60,283 nucleotides of DNA, from NCBI GenBank assembly GCA_030324005.1, contig JARDVH010000121.1:9326438-9386720 (forward strand), read 5' to 3'. Position 1 is the stretch's first letter. Each line of letters begins with the position of its first letter. The notes beneath the pieces are model-generated. The model saw only the letters and a list, made by a program, of their open reading frames with translations. It was not told the DNA's origin and searched no databases. Below, one piece after another: positions 13,090 to 26,680 of the stretch. Both the position numbers and the translations under genes were made by a program. This DNA is from Negaprion brevirostris (lineage: Eukaryota).

Positions 13090-13470
13090 AGAAAGATATT
13101 AAGCTGGAAAAAAATAAGATCTGTAGCGGTGTAGATCATAGATTAGGAATTGTTAGGGATTTGGAGGAAAGGTAGGCCAATAATTATGGCTGATTTTAAA
13201 ATGTGGTCAGATTAGTTAAACAGCTATGAATGACAGTTTTGATGTAAGTACATTGAATGCTTTGAGGATTGGTTGTGTGAGAAAATGAACCACGGAACAA
13301 ACTGCTCTAGATTTGGTATCGTATAATGAGGAGGGATCAATTCATGACATTATAGTTAAATGTCACCGAAGGGCGAATGGTCATGACATTCTGGAGTTGA
13401 AAATTTCAATGCAGTGCTCAAACTGAGATTTCCACATTAGTGTTCTGGTCTTAATCATAGGCTATTGCAA
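13090..13470 (+). mobile_element. Old CR1 APE-endonuclease relic (paralog at ~17935-18310)
   Basis: Reads IIMADFK (MGDFN-like) and EQTALDLVSYNEEGSIHDIIVK...GHDILE (LDL...SDH-like). Confidence 0.7.
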
Positions 13471-14469
13471 AACATTGCGGAAGGATTGGACACCAGGTCC
13501 CTACATATTCAGTACCACTACACTGCTTTAGAATTGTTTCATCGATATCCTCTTGTTTATCTTATTGGCACCTCCAATTTCTATCTTCTTCCAATTTTTG
13601 TATTAATCCATTTCCATCTTTCCAGCTGTCAGACCCTCGATGATCCGTGTATTTGCCTTCAGCAATCAGGACAGTAAACAGGGGAAATGCATTCCAAAGC
13701 ATGGTGTTCACTCAGATCAGATGACGTTATTTCCAAAATTTGGTTCTTCAGGGAAACGTCGGTCATGCTTTGTTGCATTTTAACATTTTCTGATAACTGC
13801 AAATGTTTGATGGACAACAGTAATATCAGTAATTTGCGTGAGTTTTCACAGTTCAATTCCAGACTAACGCAAGATTGTAAGACAAAACAGGTAACAGAAA
13901 TGAAGGAAATACGAACAATTATTATCATATGCTTAAAAATCGGCACTGAACGATCTGTTGAGATTGAAAGCAAACAAGTTCACAGAGCTGATTGCCTAAA
14001 TCTTCCATATTAGATGAAGACTTTCCAGACATGATGGATTCCTTAGTTTGACTATTCCAAAATGTTCTGATTTCGGGAAATGCTCCAGTGACCTGGAAAT
14101 AACAGCTCAAATATTTTTCTTTGTCAACGAGCGAGGTTGACGTGAAGTAGAATATTTTCGAGTAAGCATTTTAGCATCTGAATTTGGCCACTTAATAGAG
14201 GAAAAAATAAAGAATTAATAACACGACACGTTGAATTTGAAAACGGAATTCATTAGCATGATAAGCGATATATAAATAATAAATTATGATCCACCAATTT
14301 GCTCGAATCATCACCAAATGTTGCAAACCAAGTGAATAGTATGGATATTGGGTGTAGAAAGGACTTTCTGACGACATTTAACTCCGTGTCACACTAAAAC
14401 TTAATTCACTTGATAAGATCACGTGGAGTTAGGTGTAACCTATTAGCTTGTAAAAAAACAGAACAAGGA

Positions 14470-14830
14470 AGTTGCGATATCTCGGTCTTTTTTTTTCGTT
14501 TGGCAACGGGGAACACGTGAGGGGTCATCGTATTAGTTCTTCCAAATAATTATGCTGCGTTTGGCTGACAAGGAGCCCAGGATGTAAGATAGCACAGCTA
14601 ATTTGTAGATGGCACAACGAAACAGGGAATTGAAATTATAAAACAAAGTTGCATGTTGGTTTTAAGAGTCTTGCTTGATGGGCCAAAATTAGACGCATGG
14701 AATTGAAAATTGAGGCATATGAGTTTATCGATTTTGGTCAGAAAATTACAATGGAAAGGCAGTTTAACTGTAAACCGAAAGAAACTTCAGAGTGGTCGGC
14801 TGCAGGTATTTTGGTTATGTTCGTGTATAA
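14470..14830 (+). mobile_element. Old CR1 reverse-transcriptase relic (paralog at ~19330-19680)
   Basis: tttgtagatggcaca (FADDTK-like); paralog ORF 19550 MELEIETCEFIDFGRKN resembles CR1 MEFNxxKCEVxHFGRKN. Confidence 0.65.
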
Positions 14831-14849
14831 TTTGCAACAAGCTTGTAAC

Positions 14850-15925
14850 CAAAAGAAAAAATAAGGTGGAAAATCTCAGCAAGACTGGCAGCACCTGCAA
14901 GGAGAGATTAAAAAAAAACAGACGTTTGGAGTCCAGGTCCCGAGTCAAAGGTAACATGCTTACAAAATGGGAGTTGTTTATACTGCAGGGTGAAGAAATA
15001 TGTAAAAAAAAAAGAATCATAGGCACAAAAAAGGAGGAAAGACTGCTAATGAAAGCCCATGGTAAATTAGAAGATGTGGTTGACCAAACGGAAAAAAAAA
15101 GTTGAAATCAGAGAGTTAGGTGTGGCAAATGATGATTTATGGAGTGGAGGGTGTAAAGTTGTGAAAATGGTGAAAAGGAAGCAAAAGGGGAGAAATTATA
15201 TGGAAAGTGGGGACAAGGGAGCTGGGGAGGGAATTGTAGCTGGAAGAAAGTAAAGAATGGGAAGAATGAAGGAAAAGTAAGGAACCGTTAAAATATAAAA
15301 AAAAGAATGGGCTCGACATGGGGTAAAACCAATCATCAGAACGTGTTGAAAGTTGTAATATGCCGAGCTGGAAGGCGTAAACTATTTATTTATTTTTTTC
15401 CCTGTATGTGTTGAGCTTCACATCAACATTGCAGCAGACCAATGACAGGTATGTGGGCATGGGAGGAAGATTCCGTGTGAAAATGTGAAGTCAGAGTCAT
15501 GATTGTACATCGACCAAATGTGCTCAGAAAAGTGATCACCCTGTCGACGTTAAGTTTCTCCAATATGGAGGAGACAAGATGAGAAGCAGTGAATGCAATA
15601 GGCCAATTTGAAGGAGCTGCAAGCCATGGTGAAACTTGAATGAGTAGTCTGAAACTTGAATGATACGTATTGAAGAGGTAAAGGGGCAGGCACTGTAGCT
15701 TTTGTGATTCAGTGGGAAAATACCACGGGTAATGGGAGAGTTGTTATTTTTCGTGGAGGACTGAATTAGGGTATTTTGGATGGAACAATCTCTGTGGAAA
15801 TCTGATAGAGGGAGTGAAGTGAAGGCGCGTTTGACAGTGGCATCACACTAGTTGAGCAAAAATGGTGGAGGATTATCCTTTGCATGCAGCAATTGGTTGG
15901 ATGAAATGCGAGAACAATGGGGACT
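14850..15925 (-). mobile_element. Penelope-like element 3' part (GIY-YIG region), truncated by a different insertion
   Basis: Paralog of 19700-20781. Confidence 0.8.
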
Positions 15926-18900
15926 TTATATATTCTTATATATATTATACATATATATTATGTTCTCTTTTGTCTTCACAGGTTTTAAGTCGGTCCGCCT
16001 TGTTGTCCAAACACGCGATGGGTCGTACTTGGGCTGCCCTTGAAGGTTCGAGAGTGGCCTAGTGCTTCATGTCGTTAGGGGGTGCTTAAACTGGACCAGA
16101 TGCTGGGCAACACGACAGCTCAGTGACTATCACTGTTTGCTGTGCAGACACATGGATTNNNNNNNNNNNNNNNNNNNNNNNNNNNNNNNNNNNNNNNNNN
16201 NNNNNNNNNNNNNNNNNNNNNNNNNNNNNNNNNNNNNNNNNNNNNNNNNNNNNNNNNNAGAGAACTGAAGAGGGATGAAAATATGGAGTGTTGTTATACT
16301 GAAGTACTGCGAGCAGCCAGGAACTAATTTAAGTAACGTAACAAAAACAATAATAATGTCTGAACCACGAGATAAGTGGCATGAGCCACGAGATAAGTGC
16401 TATGTGTCAACATGTATATAGAGGCAAATGTGTGGCTCAAACGTTGGCGTAGGGGAAATATGTTCTATTTATTGATAAATTAGCAACTGAACATTTCCTT
16501 CATGTGCATTCCCAATGAATCATGTTGGCACAAGCGTCCAGGTAAATCGCAGAACACTGATGAAAGAGGATTTTTTTTTTACTAGTGTGTGCGTCTGTGT
16601 GTGTGTGTGTTAGTGTTTGTGTGTTTGTGTGTGTGTCGTATTCAGGGCGTCAGGGTGAAGTAAAGTTGCATTGACAATCAGAAGAATAACCTTTAAGGGG
16701 AGGGTAGAACTGAATGTTTGTGATTCGTCTCATTGCTGGCAATAAATAAAATGAAATGACAGAAGATGTCAACATTGTTTCACATCAGTGAATCAGACAA
16801 GTGAAATGAGTTATGATCATTATATAAAGCGTAAAGGCTGTGGACTAGAATCTTGGACGCATTAGGGAATAAAAGGAAGTCAGTTAACATGATAAAAGTA
16901 GGCACATGGATTGTTTCATAGATCTTCACTGAGAGGCCATTGCCGGAAAACGAGGTTTGGTCTTTATTTATCCAGAGGTGTTAAGTAGCTCGTAAGCATA
17001 TACTCAAATCTATTTGAGGCTGTGCTGATTTGGTAAGGAATAAAGTGAGGAATGTTGTGGTGATTTTTTTTTTTAATACCGGAGAACAAGATGCAGAATC
17101 GTTTTGGAAGTGTTAAGATATATAACAGACACACTATTGTACTTTTGAAATAGTCGTCAATCTCTGCATTTGTTTTTTATACGAAGGTGAGCAAACAATG
17201 TGTTTCACTTGGCCTCTTATACATAACTTAGAAGACATATACAATATATTTTTAAAAAAGCTTTATCGTTACAAATAAATTAAGCTTTGACCTTGCAATG
17301 TATAATCCTTAATAACTTTCAATCTTTGTTGTTCCTATGTGCAGCGGTCCATATACATGAACCTATCTCTGGAACAAATTTGCATATGAAAATAAATGTT
17401 TACTTTGATGCTGTATATTCAGTTCTTTTATATTATTATTACTGCTGGACTGAGAAATTTTGAAAACAGAAACTCTCGGAGAAAAATCCACACTCATAGA
17501 CAGAATTTGAAAGTAATACACGGATCCCCTACCACACTCCAATGAGAAACATCAGAGCCGGGGCTGGGGCCGGCCGAATGGAAGCGCAGCTTTTTCTCAA
17601 CTGGAATTGCAGAATTTGTGCTTGAACATTCTCTGTTAACACAGCTTCCACGTCACACTGCTGGAACTGCAAATAATATCATCAAACCTCACACGACAAT
17701 AGCTCAGCGGAAAACAGCAGAACAACTTTAGTTCAGATTAATTGTGGCTTTAGAGACAATGGGGGAAATTGTGATGCTGCAATGAAGAAAGAGATGGGTG
17801 CTGGTAGACAGGAAGATTCAGAGTGCATCCGGCTACTACAACAACTCCTCTTCAACAATATATCTCAGGTTGTCTTCTAAACTATACAGTCTCATTTCAG
17901 TAGCAAAAAACATGAGACATTCCTGATGGTAGAAAGATATTAAGCCGGAAAAAAAAAATCTGTAGCGGTGCAGATCAAAGATTAGGGATTGTTAAGGATT
18001 TGGAGGAAAGGTAGGACAATAATTATGGCTGATTTTAAAACGTGGTCATATTAGTTAAACAGCTATGAATGATAGTTTTGATGCAATACATTGAATGCAT
18101 TGAGGATTGGTTCTGCGAGAAAATGAACCACGGAACATACTGCTCGAGATTTGGTATTGCATAATGAGGAGGGAACAATTCATGATCTTATAGTTAAACA
18201 TCACCAAAGGGCGAATAATCATGACATTCTGGAATTTAAATTTCAATGTAGAGCTCAAATTGAGATTTCCACATTAGTGTTCGGCTCTTAATCATAGGTA
18301 TTGCAAAAGTTTGTGGAAAGATTGGACACCAGGTACCTACATATTTAATACCACTACACTGCTTTAGAACTCTTTCATCGATATCCTCAAGTTTATCTTC
18401 TTGACAGCCCCAATTTCTATCCTTTTCCCATATTTGTATTAATCCATTTCCATCTTTCCAGCTGGCAGACCCTCGATGATCCATGAATTTGCCTTCAGCA
18501 ATGTGGGCAGTTAACAGGGGAAATGCATTCCAGCGCATGGTGTTCACTCACATCAAATGACGTTATTTCTAAAGTTTGGTCCTTCGAGGAAACGTCGGCC
18601 ATGATTTGTTGCATTTTAATATTTTCTGTTAATTGCAAATGTTTGATGGACCACATTAATATCAGTAATTTGCCTGAGTTTTCACAGTGCAGGACCAGAC
18701 TAACGCAGGATTGATAGACAAAACACGTAACAGAAATGAAGGAAATACGAACAATTATTATCGTAATCTCAAAAATGTGCACTGAAAGATCATTTGAGAT
18801 TGAAAGCAAACAAGTTCAAAGAACTGATTGCCTAAATCTGTGCGTCTTAAATGAAGTATTTTCAGACATGTTGGATTCCTTAGTTTTAGTATTCCACTTT

Positions 18901-19699
18901 TTTTCTGATTTTGGGAAATGTTCCAGTGACCTGGAAATAACTGCTCAATTATTTTTTTCTTATTCAAGCAGCGAGGTTGACATGAAGTAGAATACTTTCG
19001 AGTAAGCAGTTTCCAATCTGTGTTTGGCAACTTATTAGGAAAAAACATAAAAGCACGAATAACATGACACGTGGCATTTGAAAGCACAATTCCAAGCACA
19101 AAGCCTGACCATAGATATATGAATGATAAGTTATGATCCACAAATTTGTTTGAATCATCAACAAATGTTGCAAGTAAAGTGAAGACTAAGGATATTGGGT
19201 GGAGAATGGACTTTTTGAAGACATTTTACTCGGTGCCACACTAAAACTTAATTCACATAATAAGATCACGTGGAGTTAGGAATAACCTACTAGCATGTGA
19301 AAAACAGAACACAGAAAGTTGGGATATATGGATCTTTTTTTTCGGTTGGCAAGGGGGGACACGTGAAGGGTCATAGTGTTAGTTCCTGGTCCACTAAATA
19401 ATTATGTTGCATATAATTGACATGAAGCCCAGGATGTAAGATAGCATAACTCATTTGTAGATATCAAAAACGAAATAGGGAATTGAAATCATAAAACAAA
19501 ATTGCATTTTGAATTTTATAGTATTGCTGGATGGGCCAACATTTGACGCATGGAATTGGAAATTGAAACATGTGAATTTATCGATTTTGGTCGGAAAAAT
19601 ACAATGGAAATGCAGTTTAATTCTAAACTGAAAGAAGCATCAAAGTGTTGGGCTACGGGGGTTTTGGATATGCCCGTGTATAAATTGCAACAAACTTGT

Positions 19700-21935
19700 A
19701 ACCAAAAGTTTAGAAAAGGTGGAAAATCTCACCAAGTCTGGCAGCATCTGCAAGGAGAGAAAAAAAAACAGACGTTTGGAGTCCAGGTCCCTTGTCAAAG
19801 GTAACATGCATACAAAATGGGAGTTGTTTATACTGTACGGCGAAGGAATATATGTATAAAAGGCACAAAACAGGAGGAAAGACTGCTAATGAAAGCCCAT
19901 GGCAAATTCGAAGATGTGGTTGACCAATCGGAAAAAAAAAAGTTGAAATCAGAGAGTTAGGTGTGGCAAATGATGATTTATGGAGTGGAGGGTGTAAAGT
20001 TGAGAAAATAATGAGAAGGAGACAAAAGAGGAGAAAATATACGGAAAGTGGGGATAAGGGGGCTGGGGAGGGAATTGTAGCCGGAAGAAAAATGAAGAAA
20101 GGCAATAATGAAGGAAAAGTAAGGAACAGTTAAAATAAAAGAAAAAATAAAATAATGGGTTCGAGATGGGGTAAATCCAATCATCAGAATTTGTTGAACG
20201 CTGTAATGTGCCGAGCTGGAAGGTGTGAGCTGTTTTTTTTTTGTTTCCCTGAATGTGCTGAGCTTCACTTGAACATTGCAGCAGACCAATGACAGATGTA
20301 TGGGCATGGGAGGAGGATTCCGTGTTAAAATGTGAAGTCAGAGTCATGATTGTGCATAGACCAAATGTGCTCAGAAAGTGATCACCCAGTCTACGTTAAG
20401 ATTCTCCGATAAGGAGGAGACAATATGAGAAGCAGTGAATGCAATAGGCCAATTTGAAGGAGCTGCAACCCATGCTGCAACTTGAATGAGTAGTTTGAAA
20501 CTTGGGTGATAAGTATTGAAGAGGTAAAGGAGCATTTATTGTAGCTTTTGTGATTCAATGGGAAAATATCATGGGTAATGGGACAGTTGTTATTTATAGT
20601 GGAGGACTGAATTATGTTATTTTGGATGGAACACCCTCTGTGGAATTCTGATAGAGGGAATGAAGTGAAGGCGCGTTTGATAGTGGAATCACACGAGTTT
20701 AGGCAAAAATGGTGGAGGATTATGCTNNNNNNNNNNGCATGCAGCAGTTGATTGGGTGAAATGCGAGAACAATGGGGACTTGATCGTTGTTTTGGGAGGC
20801 AGCGGAGGGGTTGAGGGTCGGAGCGCAGGAAATGGATCTCCTGCTGTTGAGAACCCTGTCGACTACTGTAGTGGGAAACCATGGTTGTGGAAGGAGCGTA
20901 TATCAGATGCATCAATTTGAAAATTGACATCGGCTGGACAAATGTGGCAGATGCAAAGGAGCTGAGGGAAAGGGTTAAGGAATATTCAGAGCATAAAGGA
21001 TGCGATGAATGTGGTCCAGATACCTCCAGGTGTGATTGTGCTTTTAATGAGTATTGATAGAAAGAGTGTTGGCAGGAAAGGACGCAGAAATGTCAAGGAA
21101 GGGAAGGCAAGTGTCTCAGATGAACCAGTTGAAGGTGCTAGATGGGTGGAAACTGGAAGGAAAGGTTTTTTTTTTATTCCCAGGTACAGATAGGAGCATG
21201 AATCAGCACCAAAATAGTAACTGATGTACTGTTAAAGGAGCTGTGGGAGCGGAGGCCTGAAACAAGCAATGTTTCCCGCACCACATAAGGAAAAATGACA
21301 AACGTATCTAGGAACTAGCGGGTACGCAACGCTTCGCCTTTGATTAGGACGAAGAGGGATGAGTTGTAGGAGAAATTCTTCAGAGAAAAATACGTTTGGC
21401 CAGGCGGAGGAGACTGGTTTTGGATGGGAATTCTTCAGGCTTCTTTTTCAAAAAGAAATAGAAGCGAAAAACCCTCAGGTCATCGTGGTGTGGGATGGAG
21501 GTGTAGAGCGATTGCACATCTGTGGTGAAAAGGAAGTGCTGAAGGCCTGCAAACTGGAAGCTGTCAATGTGACGTGCAGCATCCGAGGAATCCCAGACGT
21601 GGGTGGGGAGGGAATGGACCAGTGGAGTGAGGATGCAGTCAAGACAAGAGGAAATTAGTTTGGTGGGGAGGAATGTGCTCGCAGAAATGGCCTGTCAGAA
21701 CAATACTGCTTTGTGGATTTTCGGAAGTAAGTAGGAACAGGCAGTCCAGGAATGGGAGAATGTGCAGCTGAACGCTGTGGGGGGAGAGCTGCCAGAGGAA
21801 AGGAGGCTGCTCACGGCGCTGAAGATAAAGCTTGACGTTCAGTGGCGTGATCTTAGTCCAGGGAAATGAACAATGAATTATTTGAGAGTTGGCGCTCAGC
21901 TTCTGCGAAATGGTGGTCAGCTGACAACAGCATCC
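19700..21935 (-). mobile_element. Decayed Penelope-like element (RT and GIY-YIG endonuclease)
   Basis: ORFs IILHHF...FPLSEFHRGCSIQ...DIFPLNHKSYNKCSFTSS and SHFNTESSSHAHTSVIGLLQCSSEAQ...FQLGTLQ resemble shark PLE C-terminal domains; terminal repeat gaaaatctcaccaagtctggcagcatctg. Confidence 0.85.
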
Positions 21936-21939
21936 CCCT

Positions 21940-22620
21940 TACCTGCAGCAAACGTGCATATACATTGACCAGATAATGAGGAAAGAAAATTGAATTTTGA
22001 CATTCGATGCTAAAGTAATGTAGGAAGAAAGTGGTGGAGTTTTGACGCAAAAAAGTAGATAAAGTTACTAACAGCGCACGTGGAGAATTGTGCACATTAT
22101 TGGTGATCACACCTGTTACTTTGTAATTGTATTGGATGCATTTCAGAGAAGGCTCACCAGATTGAATTTCAGAGATGGCTGAAGTGTGTATTGGCTACAG
22201 GTTGAGCCTTGTCTCCCTCCAGGTCGGAAGTGAGGGACAATTTCATCTCGATCGATCAAATTCTGAAATGTCTTCGAGGGTTTATGCAGAGAGGATATTT
22301 CGCCTTGAAACAATTCTATCAATCTCGAAACAGACGGTGTAGTTTTAGCATAAGCCCTAGAAAGCTTTAAAACATAGATCATGTGAAATGAATTCAGTCA
22401 ATTCGCATGCAATGCTTCATTTAATACCTCAAACGTCAGGAGGATGTCGGGACAGTCAGTAAATGTAAGGAGGGAACAGATATTTAATTCGTTTTTGATT
22501 GAAACGCAATTTTCAAAGAGACGACATGTCGTGCAGAGGCCAAAAGAAGATAAACCATGATTTTATTGAATGGCGGAGAAGCTTCTACGCTTAATCTCGC
22601 TCATCGTTACTTTAAATGTC
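21940..22620 (+). mobile_element. Old CR1 ORF2 C-terminal relic (paralog at ~24550-25240)
   Basis: ttggatgcatttcagagaaggctcaccagattg reads LDAFQRRLTRL, like the CR1 VQRRFTRL motif; followed by RDNLIxIYQIL. Confidence 0.7.
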
Positions 22621-23080
22621 TGACCTCAAATTACGTTTGCTGCAAAATGCAAGAATCATGTGTTCCATTATGTTAAACAATTTATTTGGCTATTGATAAT
22701 TACCTCTTAAGCCACTGTTGTCTTTCCTCAAAGATGCAATTGAATTGTCAGCTAAGGAAAGTTAAAAAAAAGAAGACAAATATGGTTTCGCTCCTCAATC
22801 ATTTCATTTCCATATGCTAGTGATTGCATCAAACGCTGTTTCCAGACTATATATTCTTCAGTACGAACACCAGCACAAAGCGGTTGTTCTTCAAACTTCA
22901 GTCCATTTCACCCATTGAATTTGGCATGCTTCATGATAGCTCCTACAAGAAATTTGTCATAAGTTGAAATTATGTGTCTACAGATTGCTCCTGTGTTGCA
23001 TATACCCGATTCTGTCACAACTCTTACGTGAGCAACATCATTCCGTTCCCGAATCACAAGCCGACATGAACTAATCTAAC

Positions 23081-23125
23081 CTGAAAGCTGCTTTGCAGGG
23101 CCAGTTTGACCAATCAAATTTCTGT
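23081..23125 (-). pseudogene. Candidate 45-nt phase-1 exon, copy C ((D)RNLIGQTGPAKQLS)
   Basis: tttttcttcacag|exon|gttaga; same length as the D and E copies; neighbouring exons in C have lost their AG acceptor. Confidence 0.5.
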
Positions 23126-24130
23126 CTGTGAAGAAAAAAAAACTCGCTGACAACAAAATATGTAAACATTCTGAAATTTCAAATGCAGAGAAGAATTCAT
23201 TTGCTAACAAGAGTGAATATCGAACCCTTACCCATTTTGTTAGATGCGTCGAAAGTTAAGTTATAGTATTGCAGAGGTGACTTCAAATTTCTGTCGTTGG
23301 CATTCTTGTTACTTCGGTTCACTGACAGAACGTTAACGACCAGACCAATGTGGTTATCCCAATTGAAGGGTGCCTTTGGCACCTATTCGACTTCGCACAC
23401 ATAACTTTGCAGAAGATCAGAGACCACCAGAAAGAAAACATCCCAAATTTGACTCGCTATTCAAAGGAAACATCTTCAGGATGAATTATTTGCCATCCTC
23501 TTTCGAGATATTTCGGGTTGTTGTAATGAAGTGGATTAATGACATGATAGGGGCCCAGTATCAGTTCATTTCATGCATATGGCCCGAACATGCTTTAATT
23601 CTCATGCATCAATTGCTTTCAAAATGGAGAAAAATAGCAAGGCAAATTGTACAATGTCATTGACTAAATTAAATATCTTGTTTGTAGATATCCGCAGGAA
23701 ACCTGCAACCCATTGGGATGTTTTCATCCATATTTTCTAGTTCTCCTTACTGAATTATACATTTGTTTTCAACATTTTGCTGTTCAGATATGGGCAATGT
23801 ATTCCAACCTAAGCTGCTCACTCACCTTTTTTGACATTAATTCCAAAAGATGTGTTCTTCGCCCAAACGTTGGCTTTTCGTTGTTGCATCTTCTCCTATC
23901 TGTCAGTATAATTGTTCGGCGTCGAATGTTGTTGACAGATTGAAGAAGGTGGCGTAACAGAAACTCATATCCCGCAAACATTTCCTGCGTGACTTCCTGA
24001 CATTCCACAAACTAAGTTATTGATTGCGTTNNNNNNNNNNNNNNNNNNNNNNNNNNNNNNNNNNNNNNNNNNNNNNNNNNNNNNNNNNNNNNNNNNNNNN
24101 NNNNNNNNNNNNNNNNNNNNNNNNNNNNNN

Positions 24131-24188
24131 TCCCTCCAAGGCCAAAATATCCTTGTGTAAGTGCGGCGACCAAAACTGCACACAGTAC
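24131..24188 (-). mobile_element. Young CR1 ORF2 fragment inserted into the PLE of copy D
   Basis: YCVQFWSPHLHKDILALEG; absent from copy C at ~21580. Confidence 0.85.
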
Positions 24189-24189
24189 A

Positions 24190-26680
24190 ACATCGGAGGA
24201 ATCCGACATGTAGATGGAGAAGGAATGGACCACTGGAGTGAGGATGCATTCAAGGCAAGTGGAAATTAGTTTGGTGGGATGGAACATGCTGGCACAAATG
24301 GCTTACCAGAACAGTCCTGTTTTGTGGATTTTCGGAATTATGTAGAAACAGGCAGTCCAGGATTGGGAGAATATGACGTTGAAAGCTCTGGGGGGAGGAC
24401 AGCCAGTGTAAGTGAGGTTGCTTCCGGCTTTGGAGATAAGAGCTAGACGTTCAGTGGTGTGATCATGGTCCAGGGGAATGCAAAATGAAATATTTGAGAG
24501 TTGGCCCTCAGCTTCTGCGAAATGGTGGTCAGCTAACAACAGCACCCCCTGAAATGTAGCAAACGTGTATGTACATTTCACAGTTAATGAGGAAGGACCA
24601 TTGAATTTTGACATTCGATGCTATACTAATGTAGGAAGAAGGTAGTGGAGTTTTGCTGAAGAAAACAAAAGTAGATAAAATTACTCACAGCGCACATGGA
24701 GAATTCTGCACGTTGTTTTTGTGATCGTACTTGTTATGATGCAATTGTATTGGATGCATTTCAGAGAAGACTCACCAGAATGAATTTCAGAGATGGCTAA
24801 AGTGTTTATTGGCGATCCGTTGAGCCTTGTATCCCTCCAGTTTAGAAGTGAGGGACAATTTGATCGGGATCTATCAAATTCTAAAATATATTAGAGGGAT
24901 TATACAGAGAGGATTTGTCCTTTTCAAACAATTACATCAATCTCAAAACAAATGGTGTAGTTTCAGGATAAGTTCTAGAAAGCTTAAAACCATAGATCAC
25001 GGTGAAATTAATTCATTCAATCCGCATGCAACTCTTCACTTCAATACCTTAAATGTCAGCTGGATGTCGGGACATTCCACAAATGTAATGAGGAGATAAT
25101 CAGATATTTAATTCGTAATTGGTTGAAATGTAATTTTGAAATAAAAAAATGCCATGCAGAGGCCAAAAGAAGTTACGCCATGATCGTATTGAAAGGCCAA
25201 CAAACTTCTACGCTCATTCTCGCTCATCGTTACGTTAAATTTCCCATCTTAAATTATGTTCTTTTTATTCCCACAATTTTAATGGATGTTGCCAGATTTT
25301 TTTGAGCTTTCTTAATTTCACTATTTGCTGCAAAATGCAAGAATCATATGTTACATTATGTTCCACAATTTATTTGGCTATTGCTAATTACGTCTTAATC
25401 TTTTACGTCAAAAAAAAAACTGCTGCATGCCTCAACGATGCAATTGAATTGTATGGTAAGGGAAGGTAAAGAAAAAAAGACAAATATGGTTTCTCTCCTG
25501 AATCATTTGATTTCAAAATGCTGGTGATTGCATCAAACGTTGTTTCCGGACATATAAACATTTATGAACACCAGCACAAAGCGGTTGTTCTTTAATCTTC
25601 AGTCCGTTTCACATTGAATTTGGCATGCTTTATGGTAGCTCCGACATTAAATTTGTCAGAAGTTGCAATAGTGTGCTCCTGCCTTTTACATACCCTATTC
25701 CGTACGTGAGTAGCATCGTTCTGTTCCCGAACCACAAGCCGAGATGAACTATTCTTACCTGAATGCTGCTTTGCAGGGCCAGTTTGTCCCATCAAATTTC
25801 TCTCTGGAAAGTAGAACAAAAAATATCGCCGATAACAAAATATATAAACGTTCTGAAATTTCAACTGCAGTGAAGAATTCATTTGCGAACAAGAGGGAAT
25901 GTCGAGCACTTATCCATTCTGTTAGATGGCTCGAAACTTAAGCTACAGAGTTTCAGATGTGACTTCAAATTTCTGTCGTTGGCATTCATGTTACTTCGGT
26001 TCACTGACAAAACTTTAACGGCCAGGCCAATGTGGCTCTACCAATTGAAGGGTGCCTTTCTCACCTATTCGACTTCGCACGCATGACTTTGCAGAAGATC
26101 AGAGGCTACCAGGAAGAAAACGACCCCAAGTCGACTCGTTATTGAAAGGAAACATATTCAGGGTGAATTATTTACCTTCCTCTTTCGAGATTTTTCGGTT
26201 TGTTGTAATGAAGTTCCACTCATTTGTATACCACTAACATGTTTTAGTTCTCATGTATCAATTGCTTTCGAAATGGAGAAACAAATAGCTCGGCAAATTG
26301 TATAACGTCATTGACGAAATTAAATGTCTTGTTTGGAGATTTCAGCAGAATACCTGCAACCCACTGGGATGTTTTCATCCATATTTTCTATTTCTCCTTA
26401 CTGAATTGTACATTTGCTTTCAACATTTTGCTCTTTAGATATGGGAAATGAATTCCAACCTACGATTCACTCACCTCCTTTAAAATTAATTCCAAAAAGA
26501 CGCGCTCTTCGACGAAACGTAAGCTATCCATTGTTGCATCTTCACCTATCTGGCAGTACAAATGCCTGACGACGAATGTTGTTGGAAGAGTGCAGAACAT
26601 GGCGTAACTAGGAACTCATATCCCGCAAATAAAAACCCTTCGTATTTTCCTGACATTCCACAAACTAAGACATTGTTTGC
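24190..26680 (+). repeat. Duplication-unit copy D (PLE end, CR1 relic and micro-exon segment)
   Basis: Colinear with 21580-24030. Confidence 0.95.
25759..25803 (-). pseudogene. Candidate 45-nt phase-1 exon, copy D ((E)RNLMGQTGPAKQHS)
   Basis: ttttttgttctactttccag|exon|gtaaga; strong canonical splice sites. Confidence 0.5.

Larger units (their letters stand above)
9114..15925 (+). repeat. Duplication-unit copy B
   Basis: 9114-12770 matches 5231-8625; 11300-15925 matches 16259-20781. Confidence 0.95.
16259..24030 (+). repeat. Duplication-unit copy C
   Basis: Matches B over 11300-15925 and D over 21580-24030 versus 24190-26680. Confidence 0.95.

Noticed and set aside
26475-26549. Alternative 75-nt exon IGEDATMDSLRFVEERVFLELILKE in copy D
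   Set aside because: It is frameshifted in copy C, not open in E, and its differences are mostly non-synonymous.
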